From assembly GCA_964630235.1 (NCBI GenBank), contig CAZVUO010000001.1:254588-318587 (forward strand): 64,000 bases of DNA, in the 5' to 3' direction. The notes under the pieces were generated by a model. The model searched no databases, was not told the origin of the DNA, and saw only the letters and a list, made by a program, of their open reading frames with translations. This DNA is from an uncultured bacterium. GTDB taxonomy: Bacteria > Oederibacteriota > JAAXVQ01 > JAUVAV01. Positions 43,183 to 50,154 of this stretch are shown piece by piece (the first letter of the stretch is position 1; every line of letters starts with the position of its first letter). A program made the position numbers and the translations under genes.

Positions 43183-44802
43183 TTAATTTTTTACCAGCAG
43201 ATGCTTGGGCAGCAAGCAGGCCGCGAGCATCGAAGCAAACATCAGCAGCATCAAATAAGGCACCACATTTCCATGGCAGGTAAAAAACGTCTTGAAATCG
43301 GATGGATAGATCGTGGCAAATTTCACGCCCGGTTCAAAGTAAGGCAGCGCCTCGCTCAACCTGCCCCAAGGGTCAATGACCAGCGTTGGACCGGTCATGG
43401 ATGCCTTGGGCATGTACGCCCGATGCTCAATGGCCAGGAAAACCGCCATGGCCGTATGCTGGCTGCTCATGGCTGATCGGCCGGCCCAGCCGTCGTTGGA
43501 CACGGAGGCGAAAAAACGCGCTCCGTTCTTCGCGAGCATGAATCCCAGTTCCTCGAAATGGTCCTCATAGCAGATCAGCGGAGCGAACAGCCTGCCGTTC
43601 AGCGCCAGCGGCGTATAATCGGTCCCGGGCTCGAAGTCCACGGGAATGGGTTCGCGCACCACGGATTGCATGAAGCGTTTCATCCATTCCCAGGGAATAT
43701 ATTCGCCGCCCGGCACCAGCTTGATTTTGCGGTAACGCCCCAGGGTTTCTCCCTGGCCGCCGAGGAGGAACGCGCTGTTGTAGTGATGGTAGCGGGCGCC
43801 TTCGAGCAGATAGGTCGGCTGGTACTCATTGCTGGTCAGAAGGGTCGGTACGCCGCTGGTCCGGATCAGGAAACGCAGGCGTTCTTCCCAGGCGGACTCC
43901 GGCTCATATTCCAAAATGCCCGGAAAACAAGACTCGGCCCAGAGGATCAGGTCCGGATCGCCGGCCGCCGCCTGCTGGTGCAGCGGTTCCATGCGTTCGA
44001 AGGCCTTCCGCTTGTAGGTCTCGTCCCAGCGCTGATCCGTGTTGAGGTTTCCCTGCACGAGGGCCAGCCGCAGCGGCGAACCCGTCTGCCGGGCGAACGC
44101 CCGCGCCTCTGCGGCGCACCGGCCCAGCAGATAGAGCCATCCCGCGGCGAGCAGAAGAACCACTGCCAGCCGGACCGGCCGCCGCGTGGCCGCGCGCAGG
44201 TCGAAGCGCAGGGACGCGTTCCAGTCCCGGGACCAGGCCGCGGCCAGGACCGCGCCGGCTGTCATGATCCAATACGACACCCCGCCCACGCCCGCCACCG
44301 CGGCCACCTGCCGGACCACCGCGTTGGCATACTGCGTATGCCCCAGGCTCGCCCAAGGCCAGCCGCCGGTGATGAAATGGCCCCGGACATATTCCCAGGC
44401 TGCCCAGGCCAGGGGCAGCACCAGCACCGAAGGCCACCTCAGGCGGTCGCACACCACACGGGCCGTGAAGCTGAAGAGGCCGAAGTACACGCCTCCCAAA
44501 AAGGAATAGATCACCCAGCCGATGGCGTTGTCCACGTTGGTGTCCTTGTTGATCAGGCGGAGCCAGGAAAGGACCACGAGGAAATACACGAACCCGAACA
44601 TCCAGCCGAACCCGAAGCTGCGCGGCCAGTTCGCGGCGCGCCAAGCGAGCAGAAACGGCACGAGCGCCAGCCATGCCAGCCAGCCCGGCGCCTGCTCCAG
44701 GCGGGGCATCCAGCCGTTGGGAAAAGACAGAGCCAGCAGGCCGCCCGCGGCCGCGGACGCAGCCAGACCGGACCAAAAACTTCGGGGCACGGGAAGAACC
44801 AT
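43183..44802 (-). CDS. lnt: Apolipoprotein N-acyltransferase, copy 2 (paralog of 16985..18646).
   Basis: Start chosen at ATG 44802 (MVLPVPRSFWSGLAASAAAGGLLALSFPNGW...). Motifs are WEYVRGHFITGGWPWASLG, LILWAESCF, YRKIKLVPGGEYIP and APLICYED. The track ORF 43183..47034 extends 744 further codons that are antisense to the transketolase genes, and I treat that extension as spurious. Confidence 0.88.
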   Translation of the reverse strand: MVLPVPRSFWSGLAASAAAGGLLALSFPNGWMPRLEQAPGWLAWLALVPFLLAWRAANWPRSFGFGWMFGFVYFLVVLSWLRLINKDTNVDNAIGWVIYSFLGGVYFGLFSFTARVVCDRLRWPSVLVLPLAWAAWEYVRGHFITGGWPWASLGHTQYANAVVRQVAAVAGVGGVSYWIMTAGAVLAAAWSRDWNASLRFDLRAATRRPVRLAVVLLLAAGWLYLLGRCAAEARAFARQTGSPLRLALVQGNLNTDQRWDETYKRKAFERMEPLHQQAAAGDPDLILWAESCFPGILEYEPESAWEERLRFLIRTSGVPTLLTSNEYQPTYLLEGARYHHYNSAFLLGGQGETLGRYRKIKLVPGGEYIPWEWMKRFMQSVVREPIPVDFEPGTDYTPLALNGRLFAPLICYEDHFEELGFMLAKNGARFFASVSNDGWAGRSAMSSQHTAMAVFLAIEHRAYMPKASMTGPTLVIDPWGRLSEALPYFEPGVKFATIYPSDFKTFFTCHGNVVPYLMLLMFASMLAACLLPKHLLVKN

Positions 44803-44872
44803 GGGAGAATTATAGCACAAGGGTCCGTGTTTGGTGGAGGCCGACCCGGACTTAAGTTCCTCCCAGGGGCCC

Positions 44873-44995
44873 CATGGAGCCCCCCGGGCAAAGCCCGGGG
44901 TACCAACTGCACCTCTCGTTACCTCCTCTGGGCGACATCCCCGGAGCAACCATTCCGCATTCACCCCCAAGGCAAGGGGTGCCCTGCGGAGAGGA
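44873..44995. repeat. Conserved intergenic element, copy A (paired with 50014..50119).
   Basis: 83 of 94 aligned nt are identical to copy B. It contains the hairpin CCCCGGGC-AAA-GCCCGGGG. It lies between the divergent lnt copy 2 and the transketolase N-subunit gene. Confidence 0.7.
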
Positions 44996-45210
44996 TGGCC
45001 GGGGTTCCCTCCCGCAGCAAAAATCATATCCCGCAATTCCATCCCTGGAGCGGTCTTTGGGGTCGCTGAAGCCCGGGGAATTGTGCGGTGGGATCGTTTT
45101 TGGACTCCCTCCGCTTTTCGTTGGGGCGTCCCCGGCCAGGGGCTTTTAACGCTTGACAAAGCCCGGAGGGGTCTAGTACGATTCTCCGCATATTTTCCGG
45201 AGGTTTTTCC

Positions 45211-46044
45211 TTGGCTTTTTCCCTGCAACGCAACCCCGCGCATATCGCCAAACAGGCCATGGTCCTGCGCCGCGACATCGTGTCCATGCTGGGCGCGGCC
45301 GGATCCGGCCATACCGGCGGCTCGCTGTCGTGCGTGGACATCCTCGCCACCCTGTACCTGGCCGAATTGCGGCATGACCCCGCCAATCCCAAATGGCCCG
45401 GGCGCGACCGCTTCATCCTGTCCAAGGGGCATGCCGCGCCGGCTCTGTATTCCGTCCTGGCGCGCACCGGCTATTTTTCGGCTGACCACCTCCCCACGCT
45501 GCGCAGGCTCAACTCCATTTTGCAGGGGCATCCGGACATGAACAAGACGCCGGGCGTGGAAATGTCCACCGGCTCCCTGGGACAGGGCCTCTCCGTGGGC
45601 TGCGGCATGGCGGCCATGGCCTTCGACGCCGCGCGCCGTCCGGCGTACCGGGTGTACGTGCTCCTGGGTGACGGCGAGCTTGAAGAAGGCCAGGTCTGGG
45701 AAGCGGCCATGAGCGCCGCTCATTACCAGCTGGGAAACCTCTGCGCCGTCGTGGACAAGAACGGTCTGCAGATTGACGGCGCGACCTGTTCGGTGATGAA
45801 CTCGGACCCGGTGGATGACAAATGGCGCGCGTTCGGCTGGAACGTGATCGCCGCGAACGGGCATGACTACGGGCAACTGCTGGAAGCCCTGGCCGGCGCC
45901 CGCGCGGAGACCCGGCGCCCCACCGTGATCATCGCGCACACGGTGAAAGGGAAAGGCGTCTCGTTCACGGAGAACCAAGTATGCTGGCATGGCATCGCCC
46001 CGGACAGCGAACAGGTCTGCCAGATGCTGGACGAATTGAAATAA
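45211..46044 (+). CDS. Transketolase, N-terminal (thiamine-diphosphate-binding) subunit.
   Basis: TTG start with GGAGG 7 nt upstream. Motifs are SKGHAAPALY, GSLGQGLSVGCGMA and LLGDGELEEGQVWEA. Confidence 0.9.
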   Translation: MAFSLQRNPAHIAKQAMVLRRDIVSMLGAAGSGHTGGSLSCVDILATLYLAELRHDPANPKWPGRDRFILSKGHAAPALYSVLARTGYFSADHLPTLRRLNSILQGHPDMNKTPGVEMSTGSLGQGLSVGCGMAAMAFDAARRPAYRVYVLLGDGELEEGQVWEAAMSAAHYQLGNLCAVVDKNGLQIDGATCSVMNSDPVDDKWRAFGWNVIAANGHDYGQLLEALAGARAETRRPTVIIAHTVKGKGVSFTENQVCWHGIAPDSEQVCQMLDELK

Positions 46045-46065
46045 TTTTCGGCGAGGAATTGTTCC

Positions 46066-47001
46066 ATGGGTGAGAAGATCGCGACGCGCGAAGCTTACGG
46101 GAAGGCGCTGGTTGAGCTGGGCGCCCAGCACGACGACCTGATCGTGCTGGACGCGGACCTCTCCTGCTCGACCAAAACCAACCTGTTCGCGGCTCAATAT
46201 CCCGAACGTTTCTATAACCTGGGCGTGGCCGAGCAGAACCTCATCGGCTGGGCGGCCGGCATGGCCACCTGCGGAAAAAAGCCCTTCGCCTCCTCCTTCG
46301 CGGTGTTCGCCACGGCCCGGACCTATGACCAGATCCGGAGTTCCGTCGCCTTCCCCAACCTCAACGTCAAAATCGCGGCCAGCCACGCCGGCCTGTCGGT
46401 GGGCGCGGACGGCGCTTCCCACCAGGCGATCGAGGACATGGCGCTGATGCGCATCATGCCCAATTTCATCGTGGTGGTGCCGGCTGACGGCCCCCAGACC
46501 ATCGCCGCGACCAAGGCCCTGTACGAACACGTGGGTCCAGCCTATTTGCGCCTGGGCCGCCCCAAGGTGGACACCATCGTCCACGACCAGCCCTTCGTGC
46601 TCGGCCGCGCCCAAGTGCTGCGGCCCGGCCGCGACGCGGCCGTCATCGCCTGCGGTACCACGGTCAGGGAAGCCCTGCTCGCGGCTGACCTGCTGGCCAA
46701 GGAAGGCGTGTCCACGCGGGTCATCAATCTGCACACGGTCAAGCCCGTGGACCGCGACGCCGTGCTGGCCGCGGCCAGGGAGACCCGGGCGCTGGTCACG
46801 GTCGAGGAGCACACCGTCATCGGCGGCCTGGGCAGCGCCGTGGCCGAGGTCCTGGCCGAAGCCGGGGCGGCGGTGCCCTTCCGCCGGCTCGGCGTGCAGG
46901 ATGTGTTCGGGGAATCGGGCGAACCGGAAGAATTGTTCGCCAAGTACGGTCTGGACGCGGCCAGCGTGGCCTCCACGCTCCGCGGCCTGCTGAAACGGTA
47001 G
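46066..47001 (+). CDS. Transketolase, C-terminal (pyrimidine-binding) subunit.
   Basis: Motifs are FYNLGVAEQNLIGWAAGMA, SHAGLSVGADGASHQAIEDMALMR and VTVEEHTVIGGLGSAV. It starts 21 nt after the N-subunit gene. Confidence 0.9.
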   Translation: MGEKIATREAYGKALVELGAQHDDLIVLDADLSCSTKTNLFAAQYPERFYNLGVAEQNLIGWAAGMATCGKKPFASSFAVFATARTYDQIRSSVAFPNLNVKIAASHAGLSVGADGASHQAIEDMALMRIMPNFIVVVPADGPQTIAATKALYEHVGPAYLRLGRPKVDTIVHDQPFVLGRAQVLRPGRDAAVIACGTTVREALLAADLLAKEGVSTRVINLHTVKPVDRDAVLAAARETRALVTVEEHTVIGGLGSAVAEVLAEAGAAVPFRRLGVQDVFGESGEPEELFAKYGLDAASVASTLRGLLKR

Positions 47002-47040
47002 GATTTTCCAGCCTGCTGCTTTCCTGCTAAACACCCGCCA

Positions 47041-48606
47041 TCATTTTTCGCCACGTCCCAAGCGCGCGCGCAGCTGCGCGTTCTGGATCACCACCGCGAC
47101 CTCCGAAGCCAGGGTCCTGAACAGGCGCACGTCGTTGCCGTCAAAAAGCGTCTCGCCCCGTTTATTGGCGGCGAGAAACACGCCCAGGTTGGCATCCTGG
47201 TGGCGCATCCCCACGGCCAGTAAATTTCGCACGGCGAACGTCCGGCCGAACTCCGCCTGAACCAAGGCTTCCTCCTGGGCGGTATTGAAAACCGCGGTCT
47301 GTCCCGAACGGTAGACCTGGGCGGAGACCCCCGGCGCCTCGGGCGCCAGGCGCAGGCCAGCGAGCTGCTCCTCGTCCAAGCCGACCGCGGCGGGGTGGGC
47401 CACCAGCGCTCCAGCCGCTTCGTCCCAGAGCAGGAACCAGCATTTTTCCACGTTCAGGACTTCGCTCGCCCGCTCCACGATCTGCCCCATCGCTTCCCCG
47501 ACATCAGTATGCTCGCTCAGCGCCTGGGCCACATCGTACAGAACCAGCAGTTCCTGGGCGCGGCGTTTCGTCTCCTCGAACAGGCGCGCGTTCTCGATGG
47601 CCAGCGCGGCCTGGCTGCTCAGCGTCTTGATCAGCTGGCGTTCGGCCGGGATGAAATACCGCTGCTGCCGGGCGAAAAGATGCAGAATGCCGATGACCTT
47701 GCTCTTCACTTTCAGGGGAATCACGGCCAGGCTCGCGACCCCCTCCTGCCGGAGCAGGTCCCGGTTCAGGTCCGAACGTCCGGAAGCGTCCTCGATCCAG
47801 ACTGGCTCGCCGGTCTCGATCGCCTGCTGGGTATACCGCCCGGCCAGGAGCTGTTCCCGGCCCGCGGGGCTTATTCCCAATCCCGTGCGGAATACCGGAT
47901 GCGGCTGTTTGTCCGGCTTGAGCCAAATGTCGCCGGCCTGGCACTGCAGGGCTTTGGTGATCTCCAAGATGATCAACCGCAACAGGATGCTCAGCTCCAG
48001 CGTGGCTCCCAAGTTCTGGGCGATCTCGGAAACAGCCGCGGTCTGGTGCCAGTGCTGCTCGAGCTGGCGCCGGCGCTCCAGCATCACCCAGGCCAGGCGC
48101 CCCAGCTTCAGCGCGGGCTCCAATGCGGCCAGGTCGGCGTCCGTCCACGCGCTCCGGCACAGCAGCAGCAGCGCGTTCGGGGCCACGGGCAGCCAGAGCA
48201 GCGCTTGGGAGCGGCAGACCGGCCCCATCCAGGCCAGGTCCTGTTGCAGGCGCCTCTGGCACTGGGAAAGCGAACGGCAGACGCGAAAGGCCGGCCGCGG
48301 GCGCCGGGTGTATTCCCAAAATGCCTGTTTGGACCGGGGCTGATACCTCAAGCTCAGTTGTTTCTCCAGGACCCAGGCCGCGATGCCAGCCGGCAGGATT
48401 GGCGGCGTCTCCAGCTTGCGGGGACCGCCGACGATCACCGGCGTGGGATCGTTCTCCGGAAGGAAAACGCACCAGGCGCCCCGGGCGCGCGCGGCACGGC
48501 GGCATTCTCCGGCCAGCACCCACCCGATCTGCGGAAGTTCCGAGGCCGCCTGCAAAGCTTGGGTGAATGACTGGCGGCGCGGGGAGGAAGCGGGACGGAA
48601 TGTCAC
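47041..48606 (-). CDS. Multi-GAF-domain protein with no recognisable output domain.
   Basis: Repeated GAF-like segments occur, e.g. SLAVIPLKVKSKVIGILHLFARQQRYFIPAERQLIKTLSSQAALAIENARLFEE and LLAVGMRHQDANLGVFLAANKRGETLFDGNDVRLFRTLASEVAVVIQNAQL. Start set at GTG 48606, which overlaps the cutA stop as GTGA. The track start at 48651 would overlap cutA by 49 nt. Confidence 0.72.
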   Translation of the reverse strand: MTFRPASSPRRQSFTQALQAASELPQIGWVLAGECRRAARARGAWCVFLPENDPTPVIVGGPRKLETPPILPAGIAAWVLEKQLSLRYQPRSKQAFWEYTRRPRPAFRVCRSLSQCQRRLQQDLAWMGPVCRSQALLWLPVAPNALLLLCRSAWTDADLAALEPALKLGRLAWVMLERRRQLEQHWHQTAAVSEIAQNLGATLELSILLRLIILEITKALQCQAGDIWLKPDKQPHPVFRTGLGISPAGREQLLAGRYTQQAIETGEPVWIEDASGRSDLNRDLLRQEGVASLAVIPLKVKSKVIGILHLFARQQRYFIPAERQLIKTLSSQAALAIENARLFEETKRRAQELLVLYDVAQALSEHTDVGEAMGQIVERASEVLNVEKCWFLLWDEAAGALVAHPAAVGLDEEQLAGLRLAPEAPGVSAQVYRSGQTAVFNTAQEEALVQAEFGRTFAVRNLLAVGMRHQDANLGVFLAANKRGETLFDGNDVRLFRTLASEVAVVIQNAQLRARLGRGEK

Positions 48607-48941
48607 GCGGTTTCCTTTCCGCCGCCGGCGCGGGTCTCGGCCCCCACCCATTCCAAATAGTCCGGGATGCCGTCCACGATCGGCAAGGCAATGACTTCAG
48701 GCACTTGGTAAGGATGGAGGGTTTTCACGCGCGCCGCCACCGCCGGCACCAGCGCCCGCCGGGTCTTGACGATCAGCAGTTCCTCGGGATCGCGTTCGAC
48801 TTTTCCCTGCCAGCGGTAAATGGAGGTCAGCCCGGGAACGCGGTTGACGCACGCCGCAAGCTGTTCCTCGACCAGGACGCGGGCCAGGTGTTCCCCGGTC
48901 TCGGCAGTGGGCACGGTGATCAAGATCACGCACAGTTCCAT
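48603..48941 (-). CDS. cutA: CutA1 divalent-cation tolerance family protein.
   Basis: 112 aa. Motifs are SIYRWQGKVERDPEELLIVKT and HPYQVPEVIALPI. AGGAGG lies 5 nt upstream of the ATG. Confidence 0.85.
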   Translation of the reverse strand: MELCVILITVPTAETGEHLARVLVEEQLAACVNRVPGLTSIYRWQGKVERDPEELLIVKTRRALVPAVAARVKTLHPYQVPEVIALPIVDGIPDYLEWVGAETRAGGGKETA

Positions 48942-49047
48942 AACCGCCTCCTAACAGGCTGCTGAATGCCCCTGATTGATTCATTTAGCAGTCCGTACTG
49001 GCCCTCTAGATCAGAACACCCGACGGGTTCCCCTTGAAAAGCTCTGC

Positions 49048-49076
49048 GGAAAAAGGCCGCTCAGCGGACTTTTTCC
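49048..49076 (-). terminator. Intrinsic terminator downstream of the MEMO-family gene.
   Basis: GGAAAAAGGCCGC-TCA-GCGGACTTTTTCC forms a 12-position stem with one mismatch. The T-tract forms the 3' side on both strands. Confidence 0.6.
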
Positions 49077-49084
49077 TGAGCCTA

Positions 49085-49891
49085 CTAGCTGACGATGACA
49101 CCCGCGTATCCCACCACCCGCCGCGTGTCCCCGGAGGTTTCCGCGGAGGTCGTGTGGTCCACCAGTTCGGAGCGGGTGGCGCCCAGTTCCCCGGCGGCCA
49201 CCAGCATGGCCGCCGCCGCCACCGCGCCGCACATCGAGATTCTCTCCTGTTCCACGGTTTCCAGGAGGCTGCGCGGATTGCGGTCCAGAACCTGCCGCAG
49301 CGCCTTCTGGTCCTGTTCCTGGGTTTGCGCGAGATCCGCGAAATGGTTCATGTCCGAGGAAGCCAGCAGCAGACAGCGCTTGGGCGTGGACCGGATCAAC
49401 CCGGCCAGGGCCAGCCCCACTTCCCGGAGCAAGTCGAACGCGTCGGTGCTCAGGGATAAGGCCACGATCGAGAAGGGCGGGAACGCATACTGCAAAAACG
49501 GCAATTGGACCTCCAGCGCGTGCTCGCGCTCATGCGCGGTCGCGTCGGCCCGCACCAGCCGAAGGTCCCGGAGCAGGGCCCGGGTCAGTTCCTGGTCAAC
49601 CGGCACCCTCCCGAGCGGCGTCACCCAGGCCTCGGCGTCCGAGACCGCGACCGGCCAGCCCCGGCCGGTGTGGTTTGGCCCCAGCAGGAACACCACCTCG
49701 GCCGGTTCCAGCCGGGCGTACACCTTGGCCGCCGTGCGGCCGGAATAAATATATCCCGCGTGCGGCACCATCGCGCCTTTGGCGCTGATCCGGTCAGGTT
49801 CCGGCGAAGGCCACAGCTCTTGGAGGCTGGCGCGCAGCATTTCCGGATTCTTCTCGTAAAACAAACCCGCCACCGCAGGCTGTCTGAGCAT
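49085..49891 (-). CDS. AmmeMemoRadiSam system protein B (MEMO1 family).
   Basis: Motifs are MLRQPAVAGLFYEKNPEML, VPHAGYIYSG, LLGPNHTG and EHALEVQLPFLQ. Confidence 0.85.
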   Translation of the reverse strand: MLRQPAVAGLFYEKNPEMLRASLQELWPSPEPDRISAKGAMVPHAGYIYSGRTAAKVYARLEPAEVVFLLGPNHTGRGWPVAVSDAEAWVTPLGRVPVDQELTRALLRDLRLVRADATAHEREHALEVQLPFLQYAFPPFSIVALSLSTDAFDLLREVGLALAGLIRSTPKRCLLLASSDMNHFADLAQTQEQDQKALRQVLDRNPRSLLETVEQERISMCGAVAAAAMLVAAGELGATRSELVDHTTSAETSGDTRRVVGYAGVIVS

Positions 49892-50013
49892 CGTCCTCGC
49901 CTCCTACCGGCCTATCACCCTTAGCGCGCGTCACAACACTCTCGTCATCAAGATCATATATCCTTTACCCCTCCCCCGCACGAACGGGGCGAGGGGACAA
50001 AGACTGGCAAGCG

Positions 50014-50119
50014 CATGGAGCCCCCCGGCCAAAGCCCGGGGTACCAACTTCAGTCCTCGCTACCCCCTCGTGGCGACATCCCCGGAGCAGCGATTCCGCA
50101 TTCACCCCTGCGGAGGGGA
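50014..50119. repeat. Conserved intergenic element, copy B (paired with 44873..44995).
   Basis: See copy A. It lies between the divergent MEMO-family and NHL-repeat genes, directly followed by a TTGACA -35 box. Confidence 0.7.
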
Positions 50120-50148
50120 TTGACAGCCGTGGAGCCGCGTGATACCAA
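50120..50148 (+). promoter_or_regulatory. Candidate promoter of the NHL-repeat gene.
   Basis: TTGACA - 17 nt ending in GTGA - TACCAA. The -10 ends only 6 nt before the ATG at 50155, which could give a leaderless or very short-leader mRNA. Confidence 0.35.
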
Positions 50149-50154
50149 GGAAAC

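Noticed and set aside
44803-47034. The upstream 744 codons of track ORF 43183..47034 (1283 aa).
   Set aside because: This part is antisense to the two well-supported transketolase genes and crosses a 400-bp intergenic region. Its translation is R/G/A/P-rich with no motifs. The lnt homology starts exactly at M(44802) VLPVPRSFW.
47002-47040. A terminator between the convergent transketolase C-subunit and GAF genes.
   Set aside because: I could find no convincing inverted repeat or U-tract in the 39-bp gap.
47162-48694. Alternative frames over the GAF gene (47504..48691 minus, 47395..48570 plus, 47597..48343 plus) and the 15-codon N-terminal extension of the GAF ORF to 48651.
   Set aside because: The GAF-motif frame is the only one with domain-like content. 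The extension would overlap cutA by 49 nt, whereas GTG 48606 gives a GTGA coupling overlap.
44873-50119. Whether the conserved ~95-nt element is a tRNA, tmRNA, SRP RNA, RNase P RNA or a known riboswitch, and whether the short ORFs starting MEPPGQSPGYQL (44874..45149, 50015..50227) are real genes.
   Set aside because: I found no T-arm or anticodon-arm architecture and no characteristic conserved cores (for example the SRP GGAA-tetraloop context, the B12 box or the TPP CUGAGA). The two peptide ORFs diverge and change length right after the conserved DNA segment, so conservation is at the nucleotide level, not the protein level.
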